Assembly (NCBI GenBank): GCA_963765495.1
Contig: CAVXWP010000001.1
Coordinates: 512,001-576,000 of the forward strand
Reading direction: 5' to 3'
DNA length: 64,000 nt
Source: Blastocatellia bacterium
GTDB taxonomy: Bacteria > Acidobacteriota > Blastocatellia > UBA7656
Shown here: in pieces, positions 10,008 to 20,325 of the stretch
How the letters are laid out: every line of letters starts with the position of its first letter
How positions within the stretch are numbered: position 1 is the stretch's first letter
Made by a program: the position numbers and the translations under genes
The notes under the pieces: model-generated
What the model was told of the DNA's origin: nothing
Database searches by the model: none
The model's input: the letters and a program-made list of their open reading frames with translations, nothing else

Positions 10008-11695
10008 TCCGAGCCTGTTTGTCTGCTCCTGTTCGATATTAGCACTACTTGAGGGGTTTCACCTCGATCAAGAAGGCCCCTCAACTTTAATCGAAAAACC
10101 GGCCTGCTTGCAAGAATTATTGTTGGAACGGAAAGCGATTGCTCGACCTCTCGATAATCTTCCTCCGTCATCAAACAGTAAACATCTTTGCCGGAAGAAA
10201 AGATGTTTTTCAGGTCTTGAAGTTCATATTCTTCGAAAACGGGTCTCCGTAGATAGAACACCATGCTCGGCGATGCGAATCTGTAATATCCAACCAGGGC
10301 ATCAGCGCCCGCCTTTTCGCCTATGATTTCCGACAGCGCCCGCGCGGGTTTGTAGCGTTCGAAATCCGGCAGCGTCCACAGCACAAAGACCCAGTTGACT
10401 GCAATTATCGGTATAATTGTCCACACGACGCATGCAAAATCCCTGCGGCGCAAAGCCGTAAAGACGGCAAAGGCCCCACCCGCAAGCGCGATGACGCCAA
10501 TAGCCGTGGCCCCGGCCAGATAGTAGTCTCTTATCAAATAGCCAAACAGATAAAGAATCGCCGCGCCGCCCATTGCTGTCAGAACGCCTATCGCAACCAT
10601 AATCCACCGGGTCAATCGAGGAGCGGGACGCCCGTCACCCGGCTCTGTAAATCGAGCCAGCAGGCAACCCACTATCGCGGCAGCCGCCGGATAGATCGGA
10701 AGGATATAGAGGTCTTCCTTGTTGCTTGAAATCGAGAAGAATATAACTATCACCGCTATCCAGATCAGGAGGAGCAACCGCGTATCCGGCCTCTTTTCAT
10801 CGACGGTTTGCTCGCGCCTTTTGAGACGAAAGCGCGCCGCAAGCCATACGGCCACAGGCAATAAGATTGACCACGGAAACATGTCGCCAAGTATGACGGG
10901 CAGATAGAAGAATAAGCTCCGGCGCGGCCCCCACACAGGCTCGGTGTAGCGCGAAAGATTGTCTTTTAGAAGAAATGTCTTGATATAGAGCCATCCGTGC
11001 TCAGAATAAACGGTCGCGTACCACGGCAGCACGATTGCCGTGACTATGACCAGTCCTGCGGGCAGCATCACACGTCTGATTCTGCTCAGATCGCCTGTAA
11101 CGGCAAGATATATAAAAAAGGCCAGGGCGGGCAGGACGACGGCTACAGGCCCTTTGGTTAAAATGCCAAACCCAACCGCCGCATACATCAATGCCAGATA
11201 AAGCCGTCTTCGATGGGGGCGGTTTTCGGCCAGAACAAAAAAGAGCAGCGCGAGACCCATGAACATGGCCAGATACACGTCAATCATTATCCGGCGTGAA
11301 AACATCAGAAAGCGCGGAGAGGCCCCAAGCGCAAGGGCCGCAAACAATCCCGCTTCGATTGAGAGCATAAGACGACCGAGCGCAAAAGCGGTCGCTATCA
11401 TGGTCAGTGCGCCAATCATTATCGCGAAACGCTCGGTCGTTTCCGAAACACCGAAGAGATGATAGAAGGCAGCTACTATCCAGTAAGAGAGCGGCGGCTT
11501 GTTGAATCGGGGCTGATAGTTGAACGTAGGGTTTATATAGTCGGAGGCTTCGATCATCTCGCGGGGGGTCTCGGCATAAAAGGCTTCGTTTGAGTCCCAG
11601 AGCGAGGACGCGCCCAGATTGACGAAATAAGGGGTCAGGGCCAGGGCCACGAGGAGGGCAAGTGCGAGCCGCCTGTCGGCAAATAAGGTCTTCAT
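10004..11695 (-). CDS. ArnT/PMT-family (GT83/GT39-like) membrane glycosyltransferase
   Basis: WDSNEAFY...REM, PRFNKPPL, LTKGP and YILPIYP motifs. Confidence 0.9.
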   Translation of the reverse strand: MKTLFADRRLALALLVALALTPYFVNLGASSLWDSNEAFYAETPREMIEASDYINPTFNYQPRFNKPPLSYWIVAAFYHLFGVSETTERFAIMIGALTMIATAFALGRLMLSIEAGLFAALALGASPRFLMFSRRIMIDVYLAMFMGLALLFFVLAENRPHRRRLYLALMYAAVGFGILTKGPVAVVLPALAFFIYLAVTGDLSRIRRVMLPAGLVIVTAIVLPWYATVYSEHGWLYIKTFLLKDNLSRYTEPVWGPRRSLFFYLPVILGDMFPWSILLPVAVWLAARFRLKRREQTVDEKRPDTRLLLLIWIAVIVIFFSISSNKEDLYILPIYPAAAAIVGCLLARFTEPGDGRPAPRLTRWIMVAIGVLTAMGGAAILYLFGYLIRDYYLAGATAIGVIALAGGAFAVFTALRRRDFACVVWTIIPIIAVNWVFVLWTLPDFERYKPARALSEIIGEKAGADALVGYYRFASPSMVFYLRRPVFEEYELQDLKNIFSSGKDVYCLMTEEDYREVEQSLSVPTIILASRPVFRLKLRGLLDRGETPQVVLISNRSRQTGSE

Positions 11696-11923
11696 CAACA
11701 AGGAAAGCTTACTATCACAGCCCGCCTTTGCCCGCAAGAGCGGCAGGACGACAATCTTCGCCGCGCGATATTCCCTGCAATATTCTCTGCAATATTCTCT
11801 ACTCGCGCTTGCCCGCTATATAGATACGGCCCGGGCTCATTACCCCGCTCTCCGATGGTCGGCAGACATATTCACCGCTCCTGTGCTAAATTTGCCTACC
11901 CGATCACACTGGAGGAAAAAACA

Positions 11924-12751
11924 ATGATCCGAATGATATTTTCATCTCTTTTTCTAATGGCAATCGCCTGTCTGTCGGCCTCGGCCCAAACTGCCGATAT
12001 CGTTAGCACGCGCGATATGAGCGACATCAACTGGATGGAGTTCAGAGACGTGGTTCCGACAAAGATAAATACCGTGATACTGCCCACAGGCACGCTTGAG
12101 CCGCACGGCGTAATCAATAACGGTGCCGACATCACCGCGCCTGTGGCGATGGCGCACAAAATGGCCCGCGAAGTAAACGCGCTTGTCGCGCCTGTCATTC
12201 CCTACGGGATCACGGGCAGCATGGATGCCTATCCGGGCGCGTTCTCGATTTCCGAATCCGCTTATCGCGCATACGTGACCGACGTGATGACGGGGCTGGC
12301 TAAGAACGGGTTTCGCAACATCGTTGTGCTGAACGGGCACGGCGGCCCGCAGACAGCCGTGCTCACACAGGTAGCGATGTCCATAGGACAGGAAAAGCGC
12401 GTGCGAACGCTCGTTATCAACTGGTGGAGTTTTGCCTCTGATGTGACGCTTTCGGTCTTTGGAGAAGACGGCGGCCACGCCGGGTGGAACGAGACAGCCG
12501 CCATTCAGGCGGTTGACCCCAGGCTTGTGCACCCGGAGAGGTATTCCGACGAACTGGCTACACCCTATCCTGCGCCCGGCACCTATACGGCATACCCTTC
12601 ACCCTCTTCAATCGGGCTGTACAAGGAGGGCCAGGGCTACCCCAAATTCGATCAAAAGAAAGCGGATGAATACTTTTCAAAAGTGACGGAGAAAGTCGCG
12701 CGTCTTATCATAGATACCCGGCGAAAGTGGGACCTGGCAGGAGTCAATTGA
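11924..12751 (+). CDS. Creatininase/creatinine amidohydrolase family protein with signal peptide
   Basis: LPTGTLEPHG, NGHGG and GHAGWNET motifs; GGAGG before ATG 11924. Confidence 0.85.
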   Translation: MIRMIFSSLFLMAIACLSASAQTADIVSTRDMSDINWMEFRDVVPTKINTVILPTGTLEPHGVINNGADITAPVAMAHKMAREVNALVAPVIPYGITGSMDAYPGAFSISESAYRAYVTDVMTGLAKNGFRNIVVLNGHGGPQTAVLTQVAMSIGQEKRVRTLVINWWSFASDVTLSVFGEDGGHAGWNETAAIQAVDPRLVHPERYSDELATPYPAPGTYTAYPSPSSIGLYKEGQGYPKFDQKKADEYFSKVTEKVARLIIDTRRKWDLAGVN

Positions 12752-12834
12752 GATTTGAGATTTGAAGCGCGAGAGCGAATTTCAGAATGCTTGAATGAGT
12801 CAGCCTTTACGTATCGAATCTCGAATCTCAAATT
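12746..12834. repeat. Heptamer inverted repeat (GATTTGA / TCGAATC-TCAAAT) between convergent genes
   Basis: aattgagatttgagatttgaa ... atcgaatctcgaatctcaaatt; contains the creatininase stop codon. Confidence 0.7.
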
Positions 12835-12841
12835 CTATCCG

Positions 12842-13945
12842 TCAGTACCAGCGCGCAGATGTTGATAATACCGTAAGATCGCGGTCAAGCGTTACGTTCA
12901 TCTGAAGCGGGAACCGCAGATCGCGCAGCAGGAGCGTGTAGCCTGCATCGGTCTCTTCTACCGTGGCTGAGGTGAAACGAGCGAAGTTCAAAAACCGGCG
13001 CGTATCGTTTGACTGGCGAAGCGCCTCCAGGAATCGAGGCTCGATCCTGGGGGCTTCGCGCCATCGGGTATTTTTTTGTATGAGGTCCACTTCGCCTGAA
13101 TAAACGAGCGTGTCTGTGACGGCGACCGACCCCCATGCGGGAGGGTAAGCGGGTACGGGCCACGCGGCCAGAGTGTAAGAGTTTTCGACCGGCGGATTTT
13201 GCCTGGCCTGTTGCAAAGCGGATTGATGCGCCAGCCACATCCCCGCGTAATAGACACCCAGAAACAGAAGCGAATAGCGCGCAAGCCTGTTGCCCGCGCG
13301 ACCCCATCCTAGCACGGACCCGGCTATGATTATCGCAAGACCGACAAACCAGACGACGCGCGCACTTACGGGAATGGCCGCCATTCCGTATTGCGGCTGG
13401 CGAAAAGCGAGCGCGACTACAAGCGACGCGGCTACGGCCAAGACAAGCCAGAATACTATTCGCAAACCGTCTTTTGCCGTCAGCCACACGACGGCTGACC
13501 CGAGTATGAGCCATATCCACGGATCGGCGACAAAGATCGTATCGCCGTAAAACCAGCGATTGCTAAAGGGCAGAAGCGGGCGCACCCCGTAGTTGTTCGT
13601 GAAATCCATGAAGAGGTGTCCAAGGCCCCCAAGCAGCGCTAACCAGAATATCCTCATGGGTCTGACCGGCCTTCGAAACAGATCGCGGCGCAAGCGGAAC
13701 CTGCGGTTTAGATATACCAGAGCGAGCGTCAATAACCCTGCCAGCAGCGCAAGACCTATAAACGAATGCGTGAATCCGCGATGATGCTCCAGATAAGAGA
13801 GCGTGTCGCTCCAGATCGCTGTCAGCGCATCTATGTCAGGAAGATTTGATGAGATAACGAGTGTCGTAGTGGCAAGCGGGGTTGCGCGTTCGAGCCCGGC
13901 CTTTGCCAGACCAAGCCCGAGAAGTGTGTGGCTGAGGTTTTCCAT
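12842..13945 (-). CDS. Membrane-bound metal-dependent hydrolase (YdjM-like)
   Basis: MENLSH, NLPDID, HHRGFTHS and HLFMD..N.YG motifs. Confidence 0.85.
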   Translation of the reverse strand: MENLSHTLLGLGLAKAGLERATPLATTTLVISSNLPDIDALTAIWSDTLSYLEHHRGFTHSFIGLALLAGLLTLALVYLNRRFRLRRDLFRRPVRPMRIFWLALLGGLGHLFMDFTNNYGVRPLLPFSNRWFYGDTIFVADPWIWLILGSAVVWLTAKDGLRIVFWLVLAVAASLVVALAFRQPQYGMAAIPVSARVVWFVGLAIIIAGSVLGWGRAGNRLARYSLLFLGVYYAGMWLAHQSALQQARQNPPVENSYTLAAWPVPAYPPAWGSVAVTDTLVYSGEVDLIQKNTRWREAPRIEPRFLEALRQSNDTRRFLNFARFTSATVEETDAGYTLLLRDLRFPLQMNVTLDRDLTVLSTSARWY

Positions 13946-14029
13946 CTGAGATTGGCTGGCCTACCATAAGATGAAAGAGCGGTCGGTGACGGTGTTATAC
14001 GTTACCGACCGCCAGCCTTTGCCGGATGA

Positions 14030-14821
14030 CTAACGAATACCTGATATCGTTCCGGAATCGGGCGGGGGCAGGTCTTTGACCCGTTCAGGCGCGACGACTG
14101 CGAGCCGCTTCTCGGCTTCTCCGCCCTGGCCCGTTGCGCGCTCGGCCTTTGCCGCCTCGAAATAGGCGTCTCCGGCCTTTTGCTTGTCTCCCGCCCTTTC
14201 ATAGGCGAGTCCCAAACCTCGCTGAACACCCGCGTTCGGGACATTTGTGGATGTGAGCAATTTTTCGTAGAGCGGTATAGCCTTATCGGTTTCGCCTGCC
14301 GCCGCGTAGCTTTCGGCGAGCGCCATACGCGCCAGATCCGATGTCGGCTGGCTTTCGTCTTTTATAGCCTGCTCAAGCAACTGTCTGCCACGGTCGCGGT
14401 CCAGATGAAGATATGAGACTCCCGCGTAATAGCGCCCGATTGTGCCGTAAAAGCTTGGATAGTTTTTAGACAACGCCTCAAACGCATCGGCTGACTCCTG
14501 CCATTTCGTCTTTTCGTCGGTGTAGGTCTTTCCCGTTTGAGGGGTGCTGTCGGTCGTCGTCGAATCGAGGACAGGCGCTTTGTACTTATCGAATGCCTCG
14601 GCGAAGGCCGTAGCCGCTTTCGAATCTCTGTATTCGAAAAAATAATACCCGGCCGTGTAGAGCACGACCAGCCCGGCTATAACGCCGACGGCGATAACTA
14701 CGGGCCGACCTCTTTCCTGAAGCCAATCCTGTGTCTTCTCATAGAAGCGGATCATCGGGTCGTTTCTGAAACGCATCTCTTTGACCGAGATCCGGTTTTT
14801 TTTCCTGCTCATCTTTGCCAA
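14030..14821 (-). CDS. Single-TM TPR protein (YfgM-like)
   Basis: Basic N-terminus, one TM helix, TPR-like helices. Confidence 0.7.
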   Translation of the reverse strand: MAKMSRKKNRISVKEMRFRNDPMIRFYEKTQDWLQERGRPVVIAVGVIAGLVVLYTAGYYFFEYRDSKAATAFAEAFDKYKAPVLDSTTTDSTPQTGKTYTDEKTKWQESADAFEALSKNYPSFYGTIGRYYAGVSYLHLDRDRGRQLLEQAIKDESQPTSDLARMALAESYAAAGETDKAIPLYEKLLTSTNVPNAGVQRGLGLAYERAGDKQKAGDAYFEAAKAERATGQGGEAEKRLAVVAPERVKDLPPPDSGTISGIR

Positions 14822-15238
14822 AACTCTAAATCCTCCCGGATGCCTGACCGGGCGCGCCTCGGAACTTTTCCGAACGGACTTTTGAATCGCGCGCCATACG
14901 GCCGACTGCCCTGACTGGTAAAGTAAACGACAACATAACGGCCGCAGGCCGAAATTGTCAAGATTGGCGCGCCGGCAGATATGAGTGGGGGTCTATATGG
15001 CAGGGGTATTTAGTTTCCTAAAACGTAGCATAGGAAAGTTGAAATAGACCGGGACGGACGCGGATGCGATTGATTTTCGCGGTCTATTTCTATTCCCTGA
15101 TCTTTATTTTGAAGAAAACTGGATACTTCAAAATCGAAGCTCGTCGTTGTCAACGCTTGCGCTTGTTCTGTCTTCAGGCGGCATGGTATAAATCTCGAAT
15201 TACATTTGCTTGAAAAACGATGTCTTACACGATTATAG

Positions 15239-16567
15239 ATGCTAAATCTCATCATTACTAAACTAATCATCAGGCCGATCGTTTCAATCTTTGCGTTTGC
15301 GCAGGGAGCAGCCTCTGCGCTGTGGACCTTTCCATCCGTTTTGGGCTCGGCGATCTTGATAGCCTGGGGGGCGGAAGCGGCTCAATTTCTGGTCTCGCAA
15401 GGGCTGGCGCTCGCAATACTTGCGTGGTTGCAGACGCTGCCGGAATTTGCGGTCGAGGCCGTGATAGCCTGGCAGGCGGGAGAGGTGGCCCGCACAAGCA
15501 CGGACCCCTATCAGGTGCAGCACGCAACGGCGCTGATGACGGCCAATTTCACCGGGAGTCTCAGGTTGCTGGTCGGACTGGGCTGGCCTATGATCTATGC
15601 GACCGCGGCCACGTTTTATCGCAGGAAGCACAAGAAGAGGCTCGGCGCGATCACGCTCGAACCCGAGCACTCGGTCGAGATAGTCTTTCTGCTCATCTCG
15701 ATCTTCTATTTTACAATCGTCTGGTTCAAGGGCACGCTCAACTGGGTTGATACGGTTTTGTTGAGCATAATCTATTTCGTCTATCTCTATTTTTTGAACA
15801 AGATTCCGCCGCAGAGCGAAGAGAAGATGGAAGACCTGGACCGGATTCCGCGATACATACTCCAGCAGAAGCGGGCCATGCGCAACGCGATCATCGGAGG
15901 GCTGTTTGCCGGGGGCGGGTTGATACTCTACTTTACGGCGCACCCGTTTCTGGAGAGCCTCAAATCGATTGCCGTGGGGCTTGGGATTTCCACGTTCGTT
16001 TTCATTCAATGGGTCGCGCCTTTTTTGTCCGAATTTCCAGAGAAAGTCTCGGCATTCAACTGGGCGCGCCGCATCGTCACAGCGCCCATGGCGTTGATGA
16101 ACATGGTCAGCTCGAATATAAATCAGTGGACAATGCTTGTGGCCATGCTGCCCATCGCATACGCGCTGGCGCTGGGCGGATTCGGCACTATAGTTTTCGA
16201 TCATCATCAGAAGGTTGAAATACTTTTGACCATAGGTCAGTCGCTGCTTGGCGCGCTTTTGCTTGCAAACATGCGATTTGCCTGGTGGGAGGCCGCGTTA
16301 CTTTTCGCGTTATGGCTTATTCAGTTTGTGCTATCGGGGTTTGAAAGACCGCTCGACCCGTCTGTGCCTTCCAACAGCCTTGCCGTTTACGTCGCGGGCC
16401 TCGTTTCGGTAGGGGCCACCGAAATAGAGTTGCTCGCTCAGCGCGGGAAGGAAATCATAACCGGCCTCTATTTTCTGTGGACCGCCATCATTATCGCGCT
16501 GGCCTTCAAGCGCAGGGGCTTCGAAGCGCTGACTACTTTCCCTCGCTTGATGCGCGAGCACTGGTAA
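15239..16567 (+). CDS. Ca2+/cation antiporter (CaCA/Na-Ca exchanger family)
   Basis: Alpha-repeat motifs QTLPEFAVE...ANFTGS and SEFPEK...SSNINQWT; about 10 TM helices. Confidence 0.8.
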   Translation: MLNLIITKLIIRPIVSIFAFAQGAASALWTFPSVLGSAILIAWGAEAAQFLVSQGLALAILAWLQTLPEFAVEAVIAWQAGEVARTSTDPYQVQHATALMTANFTGSLRLLVGLGWPMIYATAATFYRRKHKKRLGAITLEPEHSVEIVFLLISIFYFTIVWFKGTLNWVDTVLLSIIYFVYLYFLNKIPPQSEEKMEDLDRIPRYILQQKRAMRNAIIGGLFAGGGLILYFTAHPFLESLKSIAVGLGISTFVFIQWVAPFLSEFPEKVSAFNWARRIVTAPMALMNMVSSNINQWTMLVAMLPIAYALALGGFGTIVFDHHQKVEILLTIGQSLLGALLLANMRFAWWEAALLFALWLIQFVLSGFERPLDPSVPSNSLAVYVAGLVSVGATEIELLAQRGKEIITGLYFLWTAIIIALAFKRRGFEALTTFPRLMREHW

Positions 16568-16601
16568 CAACAGTCGCCTGCTTTATCGGAGGCTTGCATC
16601 T

Positions 16602-17081
16602 ATGACGATAAAGACTTTACTTGTGCCGACCGATTTCAGCGAAAACGCCCGGAGGGCTTTCGAGCAGGCATACTCTCTGGCCTGCCAGCTTGGCGCAAAG
16701 CTCTATGTGCTGCACGTTCAGGATGAAAGCAATCTGAGAACGGCGATCAAAGAGGGGCTTTTCGATCCCGGTTCCACGGATGAAGGTCTGAGAGAAGCCG
16801 TCGAGCAACTGACCGAGCAGAGGTTTTCGGAGATGCTGGCCGGTATAGACCAGACTCAAATCGAAATAGAGCATCTGTCGCGTCGGGGCGATTCGAGAAT
16901 CGCTATCATTGACTTCGCCGTCGAGGTCAGCGCCGATCTGATTGTGATAGGCATGCGCGGGGCCGGTGTTATAGAAAAGCTCAAGAGCGCCCTTATGGGT
17001 TCGATAGCCGAATGCGTCCTCAGACGCGCGCCCTGTCCTGTTCTCGTCGTCCGCCTCGACCACAAATCCGCCGACGGGTAA
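16602..17081 (+). CDS. Universal stress protein
   Basis: LLVPTDFS, DLIVIG, MGSIAE.VLRRAPCPVLVV. Confidence 0.93.
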   Translation: MTIKTLLVPTDFSENARRAFEQAYSLACQLGAKLYVLHVQDESNLRTAIKEGLFDPGSTDEGLREAVEQLTEQRFSEMLAGIDQTQIEIEHLSRRGDSRIAIIDFAVEVSADLIVIGMRGAGVIEKLKSALMGSIAECVLRRAPCPVLVVRLDHKSADG

Positions 17082-17138
17082 ATATTCTCAGAATTGAGAA
17101 CCTTACACATCGGCGGATGATCGGGCTCAGTGGAGCGA

Positions 17139-18497
17139 TTACTCCAGGATTCTGAATTTGGAAATAGACCACTTGCTGCGGTTGCCGCGATTGTCTGTAG
17201 CGGTAACGCGAACATAACGCGCACGCACAGGGGTGAAAGTGGCCCGCGAGCGGGTGTTGCCTCCCTCGCCTTCAAAGACTGCCTGCCAGCGATTGCCGTC
17301 CTCGCTTACCTCGATCTTATAACGACCCGGAAACTCCCTATCGTTTGGCGCATGCACCTGCACAAGCTTTGAAATAGTGTAGCTTCCACCCAGATCGAGT
17401 ATGACCCAGTTGCCAATGTAGTTATTGGTGTTTGTTGAGGCATACGTACTCTGATTGCCGTCAATTGAAGCGGTCAGGTTGGAAAAGCCGTTGCCTCGTA
17501 TCCGGCGAATCTCGCGCTCAAGCCGCTTGTCGTCTTCGTCGCGGTCGGTTACGTCGTTGTCCCGGTTTGTGCGAAGCTCTGCGATAGACCACCAGTGAGT
17601 CCGGTCCTGATTCCTTGTCGCCGTGATGCGAATGTAGCGAGTCGTTATCTCGTTGAACTGAGCCTCGCTTCGACCTGACGTGCCACGCCCGCTCCAGACC
17701 TGACGGAACTGGCTTTCGTCTTTGCGCCGGCTGGCTTCTATCTTATACTCCGCCGGGAAATCGTCGGGCCACTGACCGTGAACCTGCACGACGCGCGATA
17801 TGTCATACTCGCCGCCCAGATCGTAAAGCACCGACATGCCCGAGTAATTAGCGGTGCCGCTTGTGGCTCGTGTCTCCTGATTTTTGTCGAGCGCCTTGTC
17901 AATATCTTTAAGATCGCCCGTCACACGCGCAGGTCCGGGCCGCTCGGGTGTGCGGTCATCTCCCCGATCCTGAGCGGGTATATCGCGGGGATTCTTCGCG
18001 GCGGGATCGATTGCGAGTTGTACCTCGGCTACGGACCACTCGTTGTTGCCGCCCCCCGTTTTTGTAGCGGTGACGCGAAGAAAACGCGCTCGAATTGCCG
18101 GAAACAAGGCGCTGCTCGTGCCGCGCTCGCCCGGGCCTTCCCACGCCCACATCCAGGGTCCGCTTGTGGAGTTTGCCACTTCGACCTTGTAGCGGCCCGG
18201 ATAAAACGTAGGCCATCGTCCCCCTACCTGATAAACCCCTATGATGTTTTGCTGCGCTCCCGCATCGAGCGTGTAGCTCATGCCTGTGTAGTCGGCTTTG
18301 CCCGAAGTAGCGCGAGTCTCCAGCCGTCCGTCATATATCTTCCCGATATCGAGCAGGTCGCCCGTCACAGAGGCCGGATCAACCTTGCGAGCCTGTATGG
18401 TTAGATCGGGCTTCTGTTGGGCGAAGGCTCCGGCCGAGGTCATTAAAACTGCCAGGAGCGCGGTTGCCATCGAAACTGCGACTGATTTTAGCTTCAT
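17139..18497 (-). CDS. Secreted protein with three discoidin (F5/8 type C, CBM32-like) domains
   Basis: Signal peptide from ATG 18497; three repeats of DLGG.Y.I...FPG.YKIE.S...W...G.G...ARY.RVTAT...WSI.E. Confidence 0.8.
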   Translation of the reverse strand: MKLKSVAVSMATALLAVLMTSAGAFAQQKPDLTIQARKVDPASVTGDLLDIGKIYDGRLETRATSGKADYTGMSYTLDAGAQQNIIGVYQVGGRWPTFYPGRYKVEVANSTSGPWMWAWEGPGERGTSSALFPAIRARFLRVTATKTGGGNNEWSVAEVQLAIDPAAKNPRDIPAQDRGDDRTPERPGPARVTGDLKDIDKALDKNQETRATSGTANYSGMSVLYDLGGEYDISRVVQVHGQWPDDFPAEYKIEASRRKDESQFRQVWSGRGTSGRSEAQFNEITTRYIRITATRNQDRTHWWSIAELRTNRDNDVTDRDEDDKRLEREIRRIRGNGFSNLTASIDGNQSTYASTNTNNYIGNWVILDLGGSYTISKLVQVHAPNDREFPGRYKIEVSEDGNRWQAVFEGEGGNTRSRATFTPVRARYVRVTATDNRGNRSKWSISKFRILE

Positions 18498-18728
18498 CTC
18501 GCTTCTCTTTCCTCTCTCTCTTAAAAATGCTTTAATGCGATGGTGTTGAATGGGCGCGCGTTGCTCAGATCGAAAGATGAGCGCCCGGAAAGTCAGGCAA
18601 AAGCTCGTTTCAGTAGCGGGATAATCGTCCGCGTCCAAAAGATGTTAGCACGCCCTCAGAGGGGCTGACAATGACTCGACGGCGCGTCGAAAAGCATGCC
18701 GTCGAGTGGTGCTTCGTCATTTATGGTG

Positions 18729-18737
18729 TGCTATAAT
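18729..18737 (+). promoter_or_regulatory. Extended -10 promoter of rnpB
   Basis: TGcTATAAT, 14 nt before the predicted 5' end of the RNA. Confidence 0.7.
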
Positions 18738-18751
18738 CCCATCGGTTCTTT

Positions 18752-19250
18752 GGAGTGGGTTGGACGGTCGCTGGCTCTTCTTTGATTTCAAATTGAAATT
18801 TCAGATTTGAGATATACAGGAGGGCGAGAGGAAAGTCCGAACACCGCAGGGCGGCGAACTGGCTAACGGCCAGGCGGGGCGACCCGACGACAAGTGCAAC
18901 AGAGAATAGACCAGCCGATGGTCTCACACGACGCCTTGAGCGCCGCTGTGGGAAACAGGTGATGGGTGAAACGGTGAGGTAAGAGCTCATCAGCACGCGT
19001 GGCGACACTGCGTGGCTAGGCAAACTCTTCGCGGTGCAAGACCAAATAGGGAGACGTCACGAGGGCTGCCCGCCCGATGCGTATTTCATTTGAAATTCGC
19101 AACAGTCTCCGGGTAGGTCGCTTGAGCGAGCGGAGCAATCCGCCGCCTAGATGAATGACCGTCACTGGCCAGGAGAGCGAAATCAGAGGGCTTCGGCCCG
19201 CCTGACCGCCGCCTGTAGCGAGGACAAAATTCGGCTTACAGACCCACTCC
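18752..19250 (+). ncRNA. rnpB: RNase P RNA (bacterial type A), unusually long (~499 nt)
   Basis: P1 GGAGTGGGT/ACCCACTCC; GAGGAAAGTCCG; AGTGCAACAGAG; GGTGAAACGG; GGCAAACTC..GGTGCAAG; CTAGATGAATG; ACAAAATTCGGCTTAC. Confidence 0.96.
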
Positions 19251-19329
19251 GATAGCCGGAAAATGGATGGCGGCTCCTGAGCCGAATCGCCATTCAACCT
19301 TAAAAATTGTGGTTCGTGGGGAGTGTGCG

Positions 19330-20049
19330 GTGGAAAGAAACAAATACCTGTTCGGTCTATTAGGACTCATCTTTGGAATTACCCTTGGTTTTTTCGGAAC
19401 TCGATACATCAATCAGAGTGCGGCAGGCACGACCCCCGGCACTCAGGCTACGGGGGCGATGGGCGCTGGCGGACAGGGCGGACAGGGCGGACAGGGGCAG
19501 GAAGCCCAAATGGCTTCGGTCCGCGATACGATAGAGAAGGCCAAGAAAAACCCTGACGATTTCGACGCGCAACTCGGCGCGGCAAAAACCTATTTCCAGA
19601 TCGGAAGAACTACCGAAGCAATCGAGTACCTTGAGAAGGCGTACAAAATCCAGCCCGATAACATAAACGTCACTGCCAATCTGGGAATCCTTCACTCCGA
19701 AGAGAAGAATTATCCCGAGGCCGAAAAATGGTTCCGTCGCGCGCTTGAGCTTGACCCCCAAGAGGACGAGCTATACGTGGAACTGGGAGCTACGTTTATT
19801 CAGCGAAAACCGCCGGAACCCGATAAAGCCATTGAAGAGATAGACCGGGCGCTCAAGATAAAGCCTAAAAACGGTCACGCGCTCGGGCATCTTATAGAGG
19901 CATATATTTTGAAGAAGGACGCTCAGATGGCCGAAAACACGCTGAATCGTTTGAAAGAGGCCGAGCCGAATAACGACAGGATTTCGATTTACCAGAATCT
20001 AGTGTCGGACCTCAAGGCCGGTAAGGCTGTGACTCTTCCCGAGGAATGA
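19330..20049 (+). CDS. Membrane-anchored TPR protein
   Basis: N-terminal TM helix, Gly/Gln linker, several TPRs; start moved to GTG 19330 after GGGGAG. Confidence 0.8.
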   Translation: MERNKYLFGLLGLIFGITLGFFGTRYINQSAAGTTPGTQATGAMGAGGQGGQGGQGQEAQMASVRDTIEKAKKNPDDFDAQLGAAKTYFQIGRTTEAIEYLEKAYKIQPDNINVTANLGILHSEEKNYPEAEKWFRRALELDPQEDELYVELGATFIQRKPPEPDKAIEEIDRALKIKPKNGHALGHLIEAYILKKDAQMAENTLNRLKEAEPNNDRISIYQNLVSDLKAGKAVTLPEE

Positions 20050-20064
20050 TTAGAGTAGGTTGTA

Positions 20065-20325
20065 ATGTCTCTTATAAGGCTAATAATTTATAGCATCCTT
20101 GCGTATCTGATCTTACGCTTCATCCGGCGACTTCTGGGCGGATTTACTCCTTCTCCTTCGTCTGCGCACAGGTCGGGAAATTTTTCTTCCCGCACCCCTC
20201 GCTCTTCGCCAACTGTACGGTGCGATAATTGCGGGATGTATGTAGCTCAAAATACAGCACTTCTGATCGGCGACGCAGGTTTTTGCTCAAAGAAATGCGC
20301 TGAGAACAGAGCCCAAAAAGCTTAA
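20065..20325 (+). CDS. Small membrane protein with C-terminal Zn-binding motif (PP0621-like)
   Basis: TM helix followed by CDNCG.YV...FCSKKC. Confidence 0.7.
   Translation: MSLIRLIIYSILAYLILRFIRRLLGGFTPSPSSAHRSGNFSSRTPRSSPTVRCDNCGMYVAQNTALLIGDAGFCSKKCAENRAQKA

Noticed and set aside
18550-18710. Hairpins (GAAA tetraloop; ACTCGACGGC/GCCGTCGAGT) as a possible c-di-GMP riboswitch
   Set aside because: Only superficial resemblance, and on the wrong strand for the discoidin gene; would need an Rfam scan
18721-19297. Minus-strand ORFs 18721-19023 and 19016-19297
   Set aside because: Antisense shadows of the RNase P RNA gene
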